Origin: Felis catus
Taxonomy: Eukaryota
Length of the DNA: 64,000 nt
Reading direction: 5' to 3'
NCBI RefSeq assembly: GCF_018350175.1
Contig: NC_058368.1
Coordinates: forward strand, 220,288,001 to 220,352,000
This document shows, piece by piece, positions 24,102 to 37,550 of this stretch. Numbering within the stretch: the stretch's first letter is position 1; every line of letters starts with the position of its first letter. The translations under genes and the position numbers were made by a program. A model generated the notes under the pieces. It did no database searches. It was not told the origin of the DNA and saw only the letters and a program-made list of their open reading frames with translations.

Positions 24102-24235
24102 GTAGGGAATTTTAAATATGGCCTTAAAATTCTTTGCCATTCTTCATTTTGAGAGAGGGGTTTATGCCTTTTGCCATGAATCTAAGTTTCCAGGACTGGT
24201 TGGCTACTGTTTGATAAAAATCACTATTGAAGCTA
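24102..24235 (+). mobile_element. MLT1F/G-like LTR 5' fragment
   Basis: tgtagg..atggccttaaaattctttgcca..gagagaggggtttatgcc..tgaatct resembles an MLT1 start. Confidence 0.5.
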
Positions 24236-24399
24236 TTGAGCTGGTTTTGTTTTTGTTGTTCTTTTCTTTGAGAAGGAAGGGAACAGTTATGTTTGGGAGA
24301 ATTTTTAATTTCAAATTAAATTTCTTTCCTTGATGTAAGTCTGCTCATATTTTCTATCTTTTCTTGAATTAGTTTTGCTAATTTCTGTCTTTCTCGGAC

Positions 24400-25242
24400 T
24401 TTGGATAAGTGAGACTCAGTATTTGGTTGCAAGCCAATAAAAGTCTGCTGCTCCTCTATTAGAGCTCCACTCAGGGGTGGTCCTGAAAATTAAAGGAGAA
24501 AAGAAATTCACCCAAATAAGCAAAACTTTGGTCATTCACTTTATGTGGAAAGAAGCACACCGGTGAAAGAATACAAACAGAATCATGAGCAAATAGCTTA
24601 GCAAGTTTGTCAGGAGTCTGCCCCCTCTATCCCTGCAAAAAAAAAAAAATGAGATCAAGGACAAGGATGTCTAGGAACATATATGTCACTGAAACTTTGG
24701 TAATGGGTATACTATATGATCTTTGTGGTATATGAATGATAATACCCAGCAAAATGCATGCACCATTGACAGTGCACTGAACAACCAGGGAGATGGAATG
24801 ACATCACACAGACATCAGGCATTTGACATCAGACAGTCTCTGTCATTGACTACTCTACAGCTGGAATTAAAACTGCATAAATGGAGTAGCTAAGGTGACA
24901 GACTGGAGTCCAGTAATAAAACCCAATTACATAATCTCTAATTAAGGCAGACCTAGCTTCTACCGCAAGCACAGAAGCCCAATACTGAACCTCTGATATG
25001 ACATCGTGTATGGAGACCACCTGTCCTCGGGGCAAGTTAATTACAATGGCATCCTCCCACCCTAGAAGAGGAAACAAGTCTTCTTGGCTAACATCAAAGC
25101 TCATTTCAGGGTACAGTTTCTGCCTGAGAGCTTCAATCAGCACTATTACTCAAAGACTTATAAAGTGATACAGGATTGCCTCAGAACCCACTGCAGAGCA
25201 AAGCAGGTTGTATTTGCTTTACTATGAAATCAACTGGTCTCA

Positions 25243-25289
<47 letters not shown>

Positions 25290-26177
25290 CGCCTATCTTC
25301 ATGTACATACCACCCACAACCTGCTAACAAAACAGAGTAGCTTGTAAAACAGTTTATGGAAGCTAAATGTAACAGCTTATGGAAGGTCCAACTAATGTGC
25401 CATTCTGAAGTTCTGAAGATAACAGCTTGCTAGGGTCAGAGCAATATCCTCTAGTATGTAATTATTCCCTAAATCAACAATCCTTCTATGGTACTGTGAT
25501 CAAAGCAGTGAGATATATGGATTTAAGAATGGAAGTTTAAAAGCAGAATTGAACCTTAGTCTTACTTCCAATGAACAATTAGGGGATTTTTCCTTATTTC
25601 TCTTTTTTAACTTTAGAGATCTGAGTTTCCTGAGGGAGAAGCCTTTTGCCAGGGTATGAAGCAAGAGTCCCTTTAAACTTTAAGCTAAAATCAAGGAAAT
25701 GTGTCACTATCTCTGCAGGAGTCATTGATCTTGATCATTAGAAGGAGGTTGGAATGCTGTTATGTAATGATGGAAAATGACATGCTTGGAAGCCATGTGA
25801 TCCTCTGTTGTATATCTTGTTATTTTCTTACCCAATGTTGATTGCAAATGCATGGGTTCAGGAGGCTGAGAGAGCATGTTTTCTAGGAGTTTGGATCCCA
25901 CTGAAGAACTTCTGGGTCAAAATACCAGTAAGTCCCTAAGACAGTGGAGATGCTGTGTGAAGAGAATCTAAAATTAGTATTATAAAAAAAAAAAAAGGAG
26001 AGAGTTGATTTCAGGTGCATCTTCAAGACCACTTGCAGAGGTGGGGCTAAAGCTTCTTGCACTAAACTTACTGTTGCAATTTAGTTCAGGAAGTGTGGCC
26101 AACAAAAATCCTACAGAAAGAGTTTTCACAACTTATTATATAAAGCATGTGTAACTGAAAGAGAGAAAAAGATGGAC
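24400..26177 (+). mobile_element. ERV-L internal region (ERV3-16A3_I-like) with decayed integrase and dUTPase
   Basis: 25033-25123 reads QVNYNGILPP*KRKQVFLANIKAH/SGYSF (ERV-L integrase QVDYIGPLP..GIDTYSGYGF). 25703-25774 reads VTISAGVIDLDH*KEVGMLLCNDG (dUTPase motif 3, AGVIDPDYQGEIG). A purine tract precedes the LTR. Confidence 0.8.
25243..25290. repeat. (CA)n microsatellite
   Basis: CA run within the ERV-L remnant. Confidence 0.95.
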
Positions 26178-26612
26178 GGCAATGGCTGTGCTGTTGTGCT
26201 ACCAAAATATACCTGTCATTTCTGAAGCTCTCATTCACCTAACCACTGAGTGTTTGGGTGGCTGACATCTTTCTACTGAGTCCCACACTACAAAACTCTC
26301 CTCAGTCAAAGAAAGCTGTCTTACCCATGGAGACACTCCTTCCCTGGGACACTCAATAACTGGCTGGTGTGATGGTATAAATGCTTGATCCCTACCTCAA
26401 AGGAGGAATATTCTGAAAGGGCCAGCTCAGCAGAGGTGCCGATGGGAGTGGCCAACACCTCCATTTGAGACCACACTGCAGTTCAAATCCTCCCTTAGCT
26501 CAATCCTAATTCCTTCCTGACTCTGTACTTAATCTTTATAATACCCCTCAACAAAATTCTTACACGTAAACTTCTATCTCCAGGTCTGTTTCCTAGAAAA
26601 TTCAGTCTAGAC
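26178..26612 (+). mobile_element. LTR16-type (ERV-L) 3' LTR
   Basis: ggtataaa..tctgaaagggccag..ctgcagttcaa.tcctccct..caatcct..aaacttctatctccaggtctgtttcctagaaaattcagtctagaca, matching the recalled LTR16C end. Confidence 0.7.
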
Positions 26613-28299
26613 AGATATAGATATAGACAACACAAGTTGTCAGATATAGACAACACAAGTTTTCATCTAGAAAATAAAACTTAGCCAAAGTATCATCCTG
26701 TTCTAACCAATTACAGGCAATAACAATTGAGTGTTTTCCCTGCCAGTGCACCAGATAGGACACAAATGTATTAAGATTAAAGTAATAAAGGTAGGCATCA
26801 TAATATGATGGTCTTGTAGTTAATTACTCCAAAGTAAGAAGTGTAAATAAACATGTGATTCTGTTACCTTTATTCTACTTCATAATGCAACTCAGTGGAT
26901 GATGTTTGTCACAGGATAGTGGGAAAGAATAAGCACAATGTGGCTCATTTTCATTGCCATTACCGAAAAAAAAATTGGAAAAGTCATACGTGGTGGTTTC
27001 TGACTTATGGAAAAGTGGCACACACATTTCTTTTGGGAATTTAAGGGGAAAAATTGTGAAAATACTTTAAGAAACAGAAACACATTAGGGAGTATGAGTT
27101 ACAGAAAATACTTTAAAATAGAACAAAAAAAGTACACATTTCTTTCTTCAACTTATTAAATAGGAACCCAATGTCTTAGTACACCAGGCTTCTCCAAGTA
27201 CCTAACCCTTTTAATTGTCCCATTGCCTGAAGGAAAAAAAAAAAAAAAAAAGAAAGAAAGAAAATAGAACATTTAGTTCAACTTTTCTTACTTAAAATAA
27301 TTCTCTCAGCCAATGTTTAGAAGGTTATTGTAGTCAAAAGATATTACTCAAAATTACTGTAGATCTGATAAAATTAGAGATAGTTATACACCTCTTCTAT
27401 TCTTATTTAATAACTAAATATACAAGTCCCCCCAGTTTTTGCTAACTGTGGCTTACTGTTGTTGTTTTCATAACTGGAACATTTTCAAATTGTGCTTTCT
27501 TTAAAAACTACACAATATTGACAATATCCTTACTGAGTGTATGAATATCGCCACTCAAATCATCTATTTAGCTATTAGTAATAAGTAAATGCTACAAATT
27601 TGATAGAGGAAATACAACCCAAGTTATCTTGGAAGAAAAAAAAAACAAAAAACTTTGAGATAATTAGGATTGGATTATGGGGGATTGAGATAATTAGGGT
27701 GAAACTGGCAGTGCAGGAGAGGATGCCTGAACTTCAAATCTCTTGGCTGCAGATCACAGATTGGACAGCTGCTGGCCGCAATCCAGGAGGTCAGAATCAG
27801 CCAGCTGTATCTTTAACCAGCAGTGTTGAATGGTACTCCATTTCCCCAAGCGCAAAGGACAACAAGAAGTGAGGGAGTCTTCTCTTTTCAACTGAAAGGC
27901 ATGTGGAAATTTCCCCAGTAGACTATTGATGTTACACCTTAGGGCAGGCAGATGGTGATTCTGTTAAATAGCTTGCATTAGGGAATTCATTCTTTTGAGA
28001 AAAAAAAAATCACAAACTAAAGTCTTAGAGACATAGAGAATGGTCTAGGTTACCATTATTTTAAATGATAACATAACTGAGACATGGTTTATGTCAAAAC
28101 ATTTTTTTAAATAAAACCATAAATTATGCAGTCCGGTTGAAAATAATTTGGAAGCACTCTTTTTGAGGATTATGGTAATTGAATGAAAACAACTAAGTTG
28201 GCAGATTGCATTGAAAGAGGTTTTCTTTCTGGCAGGTATCTTGAGCTAGAGAAAAGCCCTAGTCTATTATTCAATAATTATTAAAATATTTAAGACAGA

Positions 28300-28625
28300 G
28301 CTAAAGTAGTAGCAAAAGGTTCTTAACACCTATGAAATAGTGAAAGAAGGAGGCTTGGTCACGGGGGAGTTGTTGGACTGAAAGCAGTGATACGTTTTCA
28401 GCCAAGGCCACGATTGATCACAGGGACTCTAGAGTATGAATGGTTCTTCAGAATTATCCCACCTTGAGGCATATGCTGACCCTCTCTATAACTGCTTATC
28501 CTTCGATCACTGGATATGGGCAGTTGCCTAGAAATGAGCAAGAAGTTGGGCAAGGAAGCACTCTTCAGCTAAGGGAATTTCCTGGAGAGGATTTCATCTG
28601 AGAGCTGTCGGTTACCAGGAGCCCC
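28300..28625 (-). mobile_element. LTR16-like fragment
   Basis: gttggactgaaagcag..cacagggactctagag..ttcagaattatcccaccttgaggc..tcactggatatggg..ttgggcaaggaagcactcttcagctaaggg. Confidence 0.55.
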
Positions 28626-28793
28626 AACATGCACTTCCGATAATTTACTTTTGTACAAATCCAGAATCTCCCTTACCACCTCCAATACAATTTGTGACAA
28701 CCCTCGGGCCATACAGCAGAGATACTTTACGATTCATAAAGAATTACTCTTTGATCTATTTTTTAAACTTTTTATGAGAGTTTATTCAATGTG

Positions 28794-29000
28794 GGGGCAC
28801 CTGGGTGTCTTGCTTGGGCATCCGACTGAAGCTCAGGTCACGATCTCACGGTTCATGGGTTAGAGCTCTGCATCAGGCTCTGTGCTGACAGCTTGGAGCC
28901 TGGAACCTGCTTCAGATTCTGTGTCTCCCTCTCTCTCTGCCTCTCCCCCACTCACACTCTGTCTCTCAAAAATGATTAAACGTTAAAAAATAAAAAGAAA
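28794..29000 (+). mobile_element. CAN-SINE
   Basis: TSD agtttattcaatgtg at 28779-28793 and 29001-29015. Confidence 0.95.
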
Positions 29001-30029
29001 AGTTTATTCAATGTGATGAGTAAGGACAAAAAGATGATCCATTTTCTCTGTCCATTTTCTTCAATACTAACAGTCTACTTCCAGTTGCATTAGTAGAATA
29101 TCATATTTTAGGTGCTCATTTTTGTTTGTAATCCACAGATATAATGACTTTTGGACTAACATCTCTAGGGTTAATGGAGTATAAGGGTAACTTAGAGTAG
29201 AGCATAGGAATTAGATAAGAATATTTTCTGAGCAATTTAAGTGTATAGGTACTAAATTCATGATGTAATTTCTAATAGTAACATAAAGGGATATATTCAG
29301 CAGATATTTTTTTGGTTACAATTGACAAAAAGAAAAAGCAAAAAAAATCCATTTGAAATTTCTGGCTTGGGTGTCTAGATATATTGTGCTTTATCTAACT
29401 GACTCATACTGGGGATAAACAAAAGGGTTCAGGCATTTGAGGTGGAAGAATTTAGAAGGATCTATCAAAAAACAGCAGAAGACTACATACCTAGATGCAA
29501 ATCAGTAGTAGAAATAAATCTTGAGGTATGATATTGAAATACATGAGAGCAAATAGCCAACAGAAAAAAAAACTGCAGTACGAAAAAGATTGTATTCAAG
29601 AGGCTTGGCGGACATTTCATGGCTGGTGAAAGAAAAGTAAAACGAAGAAAATAAAACTTCACATGAGAAACACCACCACCACCAACAACAACAAAAGTTG
29701 GACAAATATGTGGCCAAATTGATATAATTAAATTAGAAAAGTTGCTTTGTGAAAACCAAGAAAGTAAAAGTATAAAAGTTATGGTTTGCCAATACTATAT
29801 TAAATAATACCGTGAAGTCAAGTAGAATCCTTAGTGAAAAAGAAAAAAACCCATAAATGTTTGATCTCCAAAGATCGTCACCCCAAATAGGCAGATTTGT
29901 TCTAACTGTGGCAGTGCTGTCTTGAAAAAAGGCTAAAGTGAAATATGTCTAGGACATATTTTAACATCTCCCAGGAGCGAGACAGAAATCAAAAAGTACC
30001 CTTGCACACACAGCCAAAAATTTTTAATA

Positions 30030-30638
30030 TAATCCCAGTGAATGTTAATACAATGAATATCATGCTCATAAAAATGTTGCTTTACGTGACCACAGGGGTT
30101 TGCCAAATGTAGTTAAGTTTATCATCAGTTGACTTTAAGATTGGAGTCATTACCCTGGCCCAAAGTAATCAAGAGCTTTTTAAAACCAGAGTATTTTCTC
30201 CAGCCCATAGCAGAAGGGGAATCAGGAGGGATTTAAAGTGTGAGAACGACTGAATACACAGTTGCTGGCTTTGAAGATGGAGTGGGCCATGTGAGAAGGG
30301 ACATAGGAGGCCTCTCATAGTGTAAACAATGTCTGGCTTACAGCCAGCAGGGAAGGTGGGACCTCAGACCTACAGCTGTACTGAACAGGAATCTGCCATC
30401 TACTTGAACGAGGCAGGAAGGAAGCAGATTCTTTTCCAGAGCCTCTTGATCATTGTTTAGCCTGGTCAAGACCTTGATGTCAGCTTTGGGATTCTCTGAA
30501 TTTAGAACTCAGTTGAGAACACCCCCTCCCAACCCCAAATGATTTTAGGTCTACAGAACTGTGAGCTACTAAGTGAGTGCTGTTGGAAACCATGAAATTT
30601 GTGATAGTTTGTGTTTACAGCAATAGAAAATGAATACA
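30030..30638 (+). mobile_element. MaLR LTR (MLT1D/E-like)
   Basis: tcagttgactttaag..gttgctggctttgaagatggag..acagccagcaggg..gcagattcttttccagagcctc..tacagaactgtgag..acagcaatagaaaatgaataca terminus. Confidence 0.85.
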
Positions 30639-31400
30639 CCCTGCATATTAGGGGGCAAAACTATGCCACATTTGTGGACTAGCATCCCAACCAACACAAA
30701 CATGATTTCTCCAGAAGGAGACATAATACGTTATTCTCAGCCCTGAATAATGAACCTGTTCCTGATGAGACCCAGATATGTGATCATTAAAGTTAGCACA
30801 GTTGAAACTTAGGGATAGAATGTATTACATTGAGTACTATTGCTTTGGATAAGCATTTGCATTTATATATGCTTATGCACATCTACATTTGAAGTCTAAT
30901 TTCTCACTCATTTCTCATATTCAAGATTAGTGTTATCACTCACTCCTGGAAGTTAGTCTGCATTTATTTCCAATTCTTGTTATTTTCTGTTAATATGTTG
31001 TACCGATTTGTTTAGAGCTCTGAAACTGGATTCAAATTCCAGGTTCAACAGTACTAAGTACACTGGAAATTAACATTTGGGATCCTCATGGTATGTCAGT
31101 TTGCTTCTATTCACTGACAATATTAGTATATGAGGGAAAGGGTTGTAGATCCAAATACATGAGGCAAGGTGTCTGAGATCACTTGGTCTAGCATCTAACA
31201 CTCAGAGTTTGCAATAGTTAAGTAGAGGAATCTGAATCTTACCAAAGATAACAGTGTTGATTTAGTTATTTCTGATTCCTCCCCAGCACTCACCAGGTTT
31301 TGTTGTTCAAATTTCAGTTCAGAGATTTTTTTTCGAAAAGTTTTTTTGTCTTGTCAACATGTTTGATGAAAATAATTCTCTTATAAAATTTTGTATAAGA

Positions 31401-31616
31401 GGGGCACCTGGGTGGCTCAGTCATTAAGTGCCCGACTCTTAGTTTCAGCCCAGGTCATGACCTCACAGTTCGTGAGTTCATGCCTCACGTCGGTTCTGCA
31501 CTGACAGGGTGGAGCCTGCTTCAGATTCTCTCTCTCCCTCTCTCTTTGTTCCCTCCCTGGCTTGCTCTCTCTCTCCCTCAAAAAATAAATAAATAATCAT
31601 AATTTTTTTAAATAAA
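31401..31616 (+). mobile_element. CAN-SINE
   Basis: TSD ataaaattttgtataaga at 31383-31400 and 31617-31634. Confidence 0.96.
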
Positions 31617-31719
31617 ATAAAATTTTGTATAAGAGAAATTACCGTAAAATACAAAAATCTTTAAGTGATATCCACTTAATAATTTTTACATATTTTAAAA
31701 TATATTTTATTCAAAACTT

Positions 31720-32150
31720 ATGGAGACTAAAGAGACCTAACAACCAAACATGCTTGGTTTTTGGGTGAGGAAAAATAAGCATAAATGACTCTTTTGGCAA
31801 AGTGTTGAACTTACAGTATGGAGTACACGCTAGTTAACAGTATTTTATATTTCTTCATTTTAATAAGTATAATGTAAATGTGTAAGAGAAAAAATTTGTT
31901 CTTATGCACAGCATGCAAGAGTATTTAGGGGTAAAGGGACATGATATCTCCAACTTAATCTCACATATTTCAAGAAAATAAGTTTCACACAAACACACAC
32001 ACACACGTAAATGGATAAGTAGAGAAACAAACAGAATAAGAGAAAGCAAGTGGGATAAAATGCAAACAATTAATGTATTTAGGTAAAAGATCACTAATAT
32101 ATTCTTGTACTAATCCTGCAATCTTGTGAAGCTGGAGTTACATTAAAATA
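31720..32150 (+). mobile_element. Old L1 (L1MC/ME-like) 3'UTR fragment
   Basis: gagactaaagagacctaacaacc..gtatttaggggtaaagggacatgatatct.caactt..aaagcaagtggg.taaaatg..ttcttgtacta. Confidence 0.6.
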
Positions 32151-32898
32151 TTATAAAATAATGAGATGGTTCATGAAAAAATATAGATGTAATAGATGCA
32201 TAACTTACTAATATATAACAATTATATAAAATAAAATTCTTAAACAGTCATTACTATTAACACCTAACTTAACCAATAAAATGTTTTAAGTGGCATGATT
32301 AATTCAAAATATAAAACGTTCATAATACTAAATGCATTTGATACATGGAATAACTATGTCATAATAAAATAAACTGTTAGGTGAAGATACAGTAAAATAT
32401 AAAATCTTGAATCATTTTATTCATGCCTTAAATTTCTCCATCATGTGAGATGTATAATTACTTAATGGGATAACTAATAATTTGAATGGAATCCTTTGCA
32501 CTACTAATCATTTTGGAAAAGCCATTTAATGGTGCTGGGACCTCTAGTCAGCCAGCCAGGGGAGTCCCCAGGTCACTAATATTATTAAAAAATATTCACT
32601 TAAGTTACATTATATCAGCTTCATTTGCCACTAGTTTTCACATTTAAGTTACTATAGACACACACCCTTAATTCTCCACAGAAATTTTTGTATAATATAT
32701 ACATTTCCAAGGAATATAACTTAAAACTGTCTACTGTCAACTATTATAAAGTTTCTAAGGGGTGAGAGTTGAGAGTTGCAATTATAAATTATATTCATTT
32801 TGCAGGTATACCTTCTTATAAATGGATTATGTCAGTCACCAGGAGAATGATATTAAACCATCTCTCTGGCCACTGACTCATCAGCAATGTGCTTTCAA

Positions 32899-33123
32899 AA
32901 AAATTTTTTTAATGTGTATTTATTTTTGAGAGACAGAGATAGAGAATGAGCAGGGGAGGAGCGGGGGGGGGGGGGGGTGGGTAGGGAGACACAGAATCCA
33001 AAGCTGGCTCTGGGTTCTGAACTGTCAGCATGGAGCCCAATGGGGAACTCGAACTCACGGACCACAGGATTATGACCTGAGTCAAAGTCAGAGTCTTAAC
33101 CAACTGAGCCACCCAGGTGCCCC
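32899..33123 (-). mobile_element. CAN-SINE
   Basis: TSD agcaatgtgc(t/c)ttcaa at 32883-32898 and 33125-33140. Internal poly-G run. Confidence 0.95.
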
Positions 33124-33991
33124 TAGCAATGTGCCTTCAATTTGCATTGTTATAACCATTTGAAACTGCCCTTAGATATTAGGGAGTTTTAGTGTTTTTA
33201 TTCAGCAATTCATATGGAAAACACACTGTTCAAAATTTGTAAATAACAGTTTTTAAATCATTGCTTCAATTAGTTACTAACCTGTTCAGATCCAATTTTA
33301 CCACATGCTTTTATCAAGACGGTAGACCTTCAAAATGTACACTGCTGCCTGCAGGTGAACCTCTGCCTTTTATTTACTTGTTAAAATTTCTCCTTTACTT
33401 ATTTCTGTATCTAATGTATGCATGTTGTTTTCTAAACCCTATAAAATCCATACTATAAATAGATAGAGTATAAGAGAAATAAGGTCTACCACTGCTTACC
33501 TCAGGATGTACCAAGAAGCCAGTTTTCCATAGTCGATTAGCAATGCAACTTTTCAGAAGGACAATGTGCCTTATAAGACCACACAATCACCCCCTCCCCT
33601 TATGGAAGCATCAAATTTCCTTAAGTCATGCTTCTATACCCATAATACTTATATCATTTAGTATACATTCCCAAGAAATGTATGTTCCGTGCTCAGATAG
33701 CTACTTAATCATACTAATAGTAGACAGACGCTATTCTGAACAGAAGTTAAGGTGTGAATGTCAAAAGTAACCTAGAACATTTATAGACAAACAGCACATC
33801 ACAGTGTATTCAATTTTTACATTGTAAACTTTTATTTCCTTTGAATCTATAATCAGATATGTCTCATATAAGTCATCTACTTACTGTTGGAAACTGCCTC
33901 CTTTTTTCAAGAGTCAAAATGCATGTTAAATTTAAATTCCATCATTTTCTCCAATAGAAAGGAGGACATACGTGTATAAAAGCACTATTTT

Positions 33992-34208
33992 GGGGCGCCT
34001 GGGTGGCTCAGTCGGTTGAGCGTCTGACTTCGGCTCAGGTCATGATCTCACAGTTTGTGGGTTCGAGCCCCGCGTGGAGCTCTGTGCTGACAGCTCAGAG
34101 CCTGGAGCCTGTTTAAGATTCTGTGTCTCCCTCTCTCCTTGCCCCTCCCCTGTTCACGCTCTGTCTCTGTCTCAAGAATAAATAAACATTAGAAATTTTT
34201 TTTTAAAA
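33992..34208 (+). mobile_element. CAN-SINE
   Basis: Head ggggcgcctgggtggctcagtcggttgagcg. TSD aaaagcact(a/c)ttt. Confidence 0.96.
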
Positions 34209-34642
34209 AAAAGCACTCTTTAATGCTCCTTATAACAGACTAGTCAAATGGCAAGAATAGTAAGAATGGGTTCTAGCTCTCTGAAACTAATGGAAAAATT
34301 ATTTGGCCCTAAGAGGCTTATTTTAATCAGAAGTTTGATTCATCATCTTTAGCACTGATATGAAGCAAAAGATTAGTCCCATTTCTTTTCCAAGATTCTT
34401 GATAAACTAGCTATAAAACTTTTCTATTTCATGCTAATATGTCTCTCTGTTGCAAGCATTGACTTGAAGGTGATTAACTAGAGCTGATTCGATTAGTTGT
34501 AGGATGGAACACTAGATTCCAGTCTGGTTTTTCGAACTCAGTGGGAATTCACAATTTTATAAGAGTAGCAAAATATTTTAATATAATAAATAAAATATCT
34601 GTATATAATTATTCTTGTTTGTCTTCAAATTAAACAATTTTA

Positions 34643-34770
34643 GGGGTGCCTGGGTGGCTCAGTTGGTTAAGTGTCTGACTTTGACTCAGGTCATGATCTC
34701 ATGTTTCATGGGTTGGAGCCCCACATCGGGCTCTGTGCTAACAGCTCGGAGCCTGGAGCCTGCTTCAGAT

Positions 34771-34823
<53 letters not shown>

Positions 34824-34861
34824 GTCTCTCAAAAATAAATAAAACATTAAAAATTCTTTTT
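34643..34861 (+). mobile_element. CAN-SINE with expanded (CT)n
   Basis: TSD aaattaaacaatttta at 34627-34642 and 34862-34877. Confidence 0.96.
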
Positions 34862-37299
34862 AAATTAAACAATTTTAGTATACTACCAAGCCATTACTCT
34901 GTTTAAGGCATAATTTTGATATATAATACAACACTGAAACAAAAATGTGTTCTAAGATTTTAAACACCATTAAAATCTTATTCTTTAGAACAAGATGAAT
35001 GAATTTATCAACACCCTTTCTTTCCTTCTTGAAAGAATGGAGTTGTGTTATTGCTCTTCATTTTAAATGATAGGCACTTTAGTAGGATATAACACCGTTT
35101 TGAGAAAGCTGCTGTCATATTACTCTGCACATTTGGGTTGCATAAATGCTAACTTTAATGATGCAGTATTTCCTTTGTAAAATTATCTTTTATGCTGAAT
35201 GAGCTGGTCATTAATTTCACTGTAAAGACATAATTTGTACATGTTAATGTATTTTTCAACTAATCTATTTGTGTGAGCATAACAGCTGGTAGCTCCTGAC
35301 AGAAGACAAGATAGTAAAAACGCTACCTGAGTTCCATAATTTCTTTGATTTCTCTTCCTTATCACATAAAATCCAGCTTTAAATTTTATTCCTTTGTTAT
35401 GCCAGTATCATAGTTATTTTGTGTACAAATACATCCATGGCATATGAGGGTTATGTTGGTGCTGCAATTACACCAGATTGCACAATAGTTTGTTAATGCT
35501 CTATTACTTTTGCATGCAAATAGCTAAAATAAAGAGCCTGAAATTCACTTTCGCCGTACATCTCCAATTTAATTTACTTTTTTTTAAAGTCTGCTCATCT
35601 ACATTTTTACTACAAATATTTCCCATTTTCTTTTATTTCTCTATCTCAGTTTCAATGGAATATTCTTGAACCCACTGGTTCATGAGGATATGAAAAAAAG
35701 ACATACTATTTTTTCCATCACCTCAAAAAGATTGAAAATACCCTAGATTTTTCTGCAAGTTCCACAAATATTTAAATAAAGCCTTTAATATACATGTAGC
35801 AAAAATTAAAAAACAACGAATGTATGACAGATATATAATAAAAACGAGTTAACTAAAGGTAATATGTTCCAAAGAAAGTGTATTTTGAATAAAATAAATT
35901 GAATTCCAAGATTCAAGAAATTTCCTGGAAGAATACTATCCTCTTTTCTTTGTTTCCTTTATTAGTAAAGCAAAAGGGGAGAACATATTTACCTAACACT
36001 GTTGGAAAAAAATTGCTTCTTAAAAGATCCATAGTTATTTACATGCCTTTCAACCTGTTGAAACACATGTAACCAAAATAGTCCACGTCAAGTTGAGGAA
36101 AAACAAGCATATCTGTATTGTCATCAGGGAAATATTTACTAGTCAATTCGAGGATACACTTTTATCAGCAGTTTACTCATGCTGAGTACTAAGGTTTCTT
36201 AACTCATTGGATCATATCAAATTGCATCGCCAAGGAGCATCTCTGAGCACAACGTTGTTACACTAAAGAAACAGTGATTCTTCTTCAGGATCAAGAATAA
36301 AAGCACATCTGTTTTAGTTGGTAGGAAAACAATTATTTGTTAATTCTTTTAAGTAAAGTCTTGGTAATGTAAAAAGTATTTATGAGAAGTAGAAAGAAGG
36401 AGTGTGAAACCTAGTATGACATTTAATCATCTTTCCTTTTGTTGCCCTTGGCTTTTGGCCTTTTGTGCCCACCTGATAAAATAATAAGTAGGATACTTAT
36501 TCCACTTATTACTTTATGGTAGCGTCCCTGAGCCATGGATGGCTGGAAGCAGATTGATGCTGTTAAGCAGTATAGCGATATTGGAAACCGAATTCACGTT
36601 TAAATCATCGAATCCAAGTAGAAAATGATCCTACTGCCAAAACAAAATGGGGAACACACCATTCATCACCACAACAAAGTGTGTGTGTCTCCAGCAATGA
36701 TTTCAGACATGGCAGATGGTACACAGATACAGAACACTCAGATCGAGAGGGAGAAAACATGTTGCCCTTCTCATGGTACAATGAAAACACTCAGAAGTGG
36801 ATGTTCATAATATGGGAGAAAAGAAATGTGGCTTGGATACAGATAAAGATTTCTCTCTTTTATTTATGATGCCTCTAAATTATCAGCAATTTCTTACTAG
36901 CTTCTTTGTACAATGTAGTTGATTTCAAAAACCCATTTATTATTTGCATTCTTCAAACATATAGATCTAAACTATGTAGGCAAAAATATTTCCTTTTTCT
37001 TTTTTCAAAAATTCCAAAATACTTCTCATAAAGCATCCAGGCATGAAGACAGAGGGTACACACCCCACTCTTCCACACTCTTGACCTCATTTCCATAACA
37101 ACTACCAGAGAGAAAAAACATAAAGGTATAGAGCCAATAGACAACCTGCCTAATGCTGGAGTACAAATCAGGAGGCGAGGGCACACTCACCATCTTGCCT
37201 CACCATCTGAGCATTCATCTGAGCATTCTCACCATTTGAGACATTCTTTTACTGCTACCACTTCCAGGAATCATTTCCACCAAAATATGGCAGTTCATC

Positions 37300-37550
37300 A
37301 CTATGTTTATGTCTCTGTCCAACATTAACAGGGAGCCTTCTCTGACCATGCTCTCTTAAATAACATTACATTTCTTCATCCTGACCTTTCCCCTTACCCT
37401 TAATTAATTTTCTTCCTAAACCTTTTGGCTACCAGACATATTATATATTCATTTTGTTATTTATTTATTTTGTTTCCTTAATAAAAGCTATGCTCTATGG
37501 AAGTAGGGACCTTTGTGTTCTTCTCTATTCTCAACAGTGAGAATAGTGCC
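37300..37550 (+). mobile_element. L2 3' fragment
   Basis: agggagccttctctgacca..ttttcttc..tttatttattttgtttcc..gctctatggaagtagggacctttgt. Confidence 0.55.
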
